Shown here in pieces: positions 60,156 through 64,000 of a stretch of 64,000 nucleotides of DNA. The notes beneath the pieces are model-generated. The model was not told the DNA's origin, did not search any database, and saw only the letters and a program-made list of their open reading frames with translations. Both the position numbers and the translations under genes were made by a program. Every line of letters begins with the position of its first letter. Position 1 is the first letter of the stretch. Origin of the DNA: Sarea resinae (lineage: Eukaryota); assembly GCA_026026165.1 (NCBI GenBank), contig JAPEUD010000001.1, forward strand, positions 124,001 to 188,000. The letters run 5' to 3'.

Positions 60156-61330
60156 TCAATCCACCGGCCTCGCAGTCCTAAAACACGCATACAAGCGGTC
60201 CTCGATCGGCGCCAACCGGCACAAGATCTCATTCGCCGAGTAGCCGAGGGCGACGACGGCGGCGCCGGCCACGCAATCCAGGACCCAGTGATTCGCGGTG
60301 GCCAAGACGGTGAGCAGCATGGCGGCGGGCCAGAGAAGACCAAAAAGGCGGGCTGGCCGGTGCGGCGCGTACGTGTAGAGGGTGGCGCCGAGCAGGAGGG
60401 CGGTGCCGAAGTGCAGCGAGGGCATGGCCGCGATGGTCAGTTGGAATTTGTTGTTGGACCAGGTTTGCGGCTGGGTTGTGGCGGGGTTGGGGGGCGAGGA
60501 GGAAGAGGAAAGGGCGGAGAGGGCGTGGGCGATGGCTTTGTGGGCGGTCGAGGAGGTGGAGGTCGAGTCCCCGGGGGACTGGGCGGCGGGGGCTTGTTGG
60601 CCCGGCTTGGGCGGGTGCATGATGTCGACGAAGCCGTACTCGGTCGGCATCAGGCGCGGCGGCATGCAGCGGTAGACGGAGATGACAACAAAGGAGATCC
60701 AGTTGTCGAGGAAGAGGGTGCGGCGGACGCGCTTGTAGGCCTTGAGCGGGAAGAAGGTGTAGCCGTACACGAGAAAGGTGATGCCGACTAGGATGTGCGA
60801 GAGGTACACGGTCGACAGCAGCTTCATGAACCACGGGCAGCGGCGCAGGATAAAGGACTGCAGGGGCGCTTCGACGGCGATGTGCAGGGCCGACTCGATG
60901 GCGAGGATGGTGCGGGCGTGCGCGAGCGCCATGGCATTGTAGGGCGCCGGGTCGCGCAGGATGTGCAGTGCGGACCGCGCGCGGCACATTTGGTAGGGGA
61001 AGTAGGTCAGGAGCCAGTAGACGATTTCGAGAAGAAAGGGAAAGGTCGAGAGGATGACGGACGGGAGCGTGTTTCGGTATCGCTGGGATCCTTTGTTGAG
61101 GTCGGCAGTGGAATTGATGGTCTGGCCCGCTTTAGAGGCCGCTTCGAGGTCGATGGATTTCGAGTATCTTTTCGGTCGGCGGCCTCGTCGGTTGACCAGC
61201 GTGCCGATTGTGAAGAGCAGGGCGATGGCTGAAATTTGGAAGAGTCAGCTGGATGCCTTCTGGCGGACATGGCATTAGTCTGGAATTCCCACTCACTGGC
61301 CGGCTCCACGACATTTTTAACCTTGCCCAT
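60156..61330 (-). CDS. PAP2-superfamily (AUR1/IPT1-like) integral membrane protein
   Basis: Exon 1 MGKVKNVVEP, then an intron; FPFLLEIVYWLLTY, CMPPRLMP.EYGFVD, AAMPSLHFG, TANHWVLDC. Confidence 0.85.
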
Positions 61331-62599
61331 GATTGAAGACGATAATGATGATGACGATGATGAGAAGAATGAGAATGATGGCTCGAGTAGGTCTTCTATC
61401 TCTAGCTCTCCAGATATGGGGATCCGCGAGCAGAAAAAGGAGAGATGGTTGTAGGCCGAGGAATGAAGGTGACGCAACCCACACCGGAAATGCAGACGCT
61501 GAGATGGAGTAAGCAGACAGACTCAGACGACAGAGGTCCGAAACGAACAAAAGGTATGATTAGCGGGTGTTGGAGAATAAGTAGGAATCAAAGTGTCGTG
61601 CCCTGCCTTTGCTCGTCCAATCTAAGCATGCATGGCTGACAGACTGGCTGACTACTCTACTCTACTGTCGTCCGACGGACCAAGGCTCGGACATGGTTGT
61701 GCATCCATGTGCCGCGTCAGCACTGACTGCTGCGCACACGATATGATGCCGATTCCAGACAAGGCCCGGCCAGAGAAAAAGGCAAGCCGAGGCCTGCAGT
61801 CGATGCTCGTCCACCGCACAGTCAGTGGTGTATTGGCCGGTGGCCAGGCGGGGGTCAGGGGTTAGGGGGGTCAAATAGTCCGTAAAGTAGAGTGCTCGTA
61901 CGCAGTACACATCGAGCAAGCCACGATCCGCCGCCCAGCCAGCCAGAGCAAGCTAATCTCGACGACGCGCTCATCTTGAACCAGCCAGGCCACGCCATAC
62001 CAGAAAGGCGCCTTGATCTCCTCGGGCGGTTGCCCACGGCATCGATCAGAGGGTGAGACAGGCAAGGGATCGGCCGGCTGTCCGAGGTTTCCGGACGCCA
62101 AGGACAACGGCGCCGTCATCCATCAACGCCTGTCCTGCCCTGCTCTGCCCCCTTTAATACGCCCAAGCCCCAACGACAACAATGATGCGAAGAGGACGAA
62201 TACAGGGCCAAAAGCGATGAAGAGATGGATTGTGACTGCTGACTTCCTGCGAGAGCTGCTTGTCCTGCGACGGGCCGGGATGCTGTTCTCCATGGATGCT
62301 CGGCTGGCTTCTCCTTGACGGTACCACCCGTGGACCTCACCTATCAGAGCACGCCCTCCCCTCCATCTTCGAGTCAATGACAGAGACAGCACCAGCACGA
62401 CCTCATCATGACGACATCCCATCAACACGGAAATCAGCACGTCCACCAGCCCAACTGGCAGCGCATAAAGCCCACGATGAATCCCAATCACCTCCCCTCA
62501 CTAACCGCAATCAATCCGCAGCTACCTGATGAACCTCACCATCTGCACCGACTACCTTTCAACATCATCTCCCCGACAAGAACAGAGAATCACCTGAAA

Positions 62600-63052
62600 A
62601 TGGCCCCCACCGACCCGCACGAAGGCGGTTCCCTAACCTCCATGGCCGAAAGCGGCACCACGATGCCCAACGACGCCGGCAAGCAAAACCTGATCCCATC
62701 GGTGCCGAACCCCGCGCAGGCATCCGCCCCGACGAGCGGCGGCCTCGGCGCCACCTCCCCCGCAACCGCCGCCGACAACGCGACCGACATGCCGCGCGGG
62801 CCCGCCGACACGGGCGCCTCGGCCGATCTGGTTACCGGCACGGGCGACGCGCTGCCGGCGTCGGTCACGAGCAAGAACCTGCACATGACGGCCGACAACG
62901 ACCTGGCCAAGGGCTCGGCGCGCGCGGACAAGCATGCCAGGAGCAATCGGAGCGAGTTCGAGACGCTGGCTGGCGAGGGGGCTGGCGTCGAGCCGGCGCC
63001 GGGGGAGGAAGGGGATGCGCAGGATGCGGTCAGGGATCGAAAGGGGCTTTGA
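62600..63052 (+). CDS. Small hydrophilic fungal hypothetical protein
   Basis: AAA-ATG start MAPTDPHEGGSLTSMAESGT; strong GC3 bias. Confidence 0.65.
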   Translation: MAPTDPHEGGSLTSMAESGTTMPNDAGKQNLIPSVPNPAQASAPTSGGLGATSPATAADNATDMPRGPADTGASADLVTGTGDALPASVTSKNLHMTADNDLAKGSARADKHARSNRSEFETLAGEGAGVEPAPGEEGDAQDAVRDRKGL

Positions 63053-63656
63053 GTGCGGTTGCTGAGAGTGGCTGCGTGATCGTGCATTCTTTTGTTTCGA
63101 GTCCGTCGTTACACTGCTATTTTACACCTTTAACAATTCAAGACGATACGACTGATGAACAATCAAGACCATTTATGATTAGCCAATGTCCATCATGGTC
63201 TGAGACGAATTCGGTGATCCGTCTATAACAGAAAGTATATATGCCAAGGACGAGAGGATAGCCATCTTGGAGAAGGCGCAGCTTTTGTTCATCTGAACAT
63301 CCCATCGCCAACCGTCCATTGAGCACAGGTATTCTTCTCCCAATCGGATTCAACATGTAATTGTTTTCCTTTATCCGTATGTACGAGGTAGTCTCTGTCT
63401 GCTTAGCCCGCCACAAAAGTAATCACCGCACAACAATTATTGACTTCAGTCGCCGGCAGCGACACCCGATACGCCTCATCAAAATCAGACCGCCACCGCC
63501 CCAGAAACAATAGAAAAGGGCAAGAAAAAGGACAATGCCATCTACGTGGAATGGAAGCCGGAAAGAAAAGCCCAAGAAGAATGAGACAAACCCAAGCTGT
63601 CTTTTGCCGTCTGAGACATCAAGAGACCGAATACAGGCAGCATTGCGCCATCCCAA

Positions 63657-64000
63657 TCAGCCGCTCAACAGATCCCTCACGCTCATCCCCCTCCCAGTAC
63701 TACTCTCATATCTCCGATCCGCATTGAGCATCAGCAGTGCCCTCGTGGCTTCATGGTCAATCAGCGAGGCTTCTTCGGCCTGCGGTTTCAGCGCTGGGGA
63801 TGTGAGCGCGGAATTTGTGCCTGCTGAAAATGCATAGCTATATCTACGGCCGTCGACAACCGGCGAGGCCATCGTGGACGTTGTCGATGATGAGTATGAA
63901 TGGTGATGCGCCTGATGCTGGGCTTCGAGAGCAGGAGTTGGCTCTTTGGAATGGCTAGAGTATACCGGGGATGTGGCATCGGATTGATAGTGGGAGCGCT
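63657..64000 (-). CDS. 3' end of a gene entering from beyond the window; probable transcription regulator (bHLH-type C-terminus)
   Basis: TSPALKPQ..DHEATRALLMLNADRR..GRGMSVRDLLSG*; C-terminal motif recalled from fungal HLH factors. The DNA-binding domain is not in the window. Confidence 0.55.
   Translation of the reverse strand, partial: RSHYQSDATSPVYSSHSKEPTPALEAQHQAHHHSYSSSTTSTMASPVVDGRRYSYAFSAGTNSALTSPALKPQAEEASLIDHEATRALLMLNADRRYESSTGRGMSVRDLLSG

Overview
Eukaryotic (filamentous ascomycete, Pezizomycotina-like) nuclear DNA with short GT-AG introns. The flanks (1-35 kb and 52-64 kb) hold ordinary housekeeping and metabolic genes: a decayed CLC channel, ethanolamine kinase, a DUF3237 protein, endopolyphosphatase, a ~2,400-aa coiled-coil protein, a thioesterase, homogentisate dioxygenase, a GH13 alpha-glucosidase, a JmjC protein, an amino-acid permease, a PEBP, verprolin, a TMA17-like protein, a mitochondrial rhomboid and a PAP2-type membrane protein. 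Between them, at ~35.8-51.3 kb, lies an accessory island. It contains (i) an intronless GIY-YIG-like nuclease gene; (ii) an intact 3-exon, 225-aa CCHC zinc-knuckle/PY-NLS gene that the ORF track misses, plus about 7 degenerate exon/intron copies of it; (iii) two tandem intron-containing tRNA genes whose apparent anticodon is UUA (reads the UAA stop) and whose intron 5' end is antisense (19-21 of 22 nt) to four sites in that repeat array; (iv) two divergent tRNA-Ser(AGA) genes and a relic; and (v) a hAT-like MITE, inverted duplications and captured host-gene fragments, including a RAD5 RING. Separately, the large coiled-coil gene has a ~910-nt open stretch with no ATG in any frame, which suggests non-AUG initiation. 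Family assignments come from recalled motifs, not database searches.
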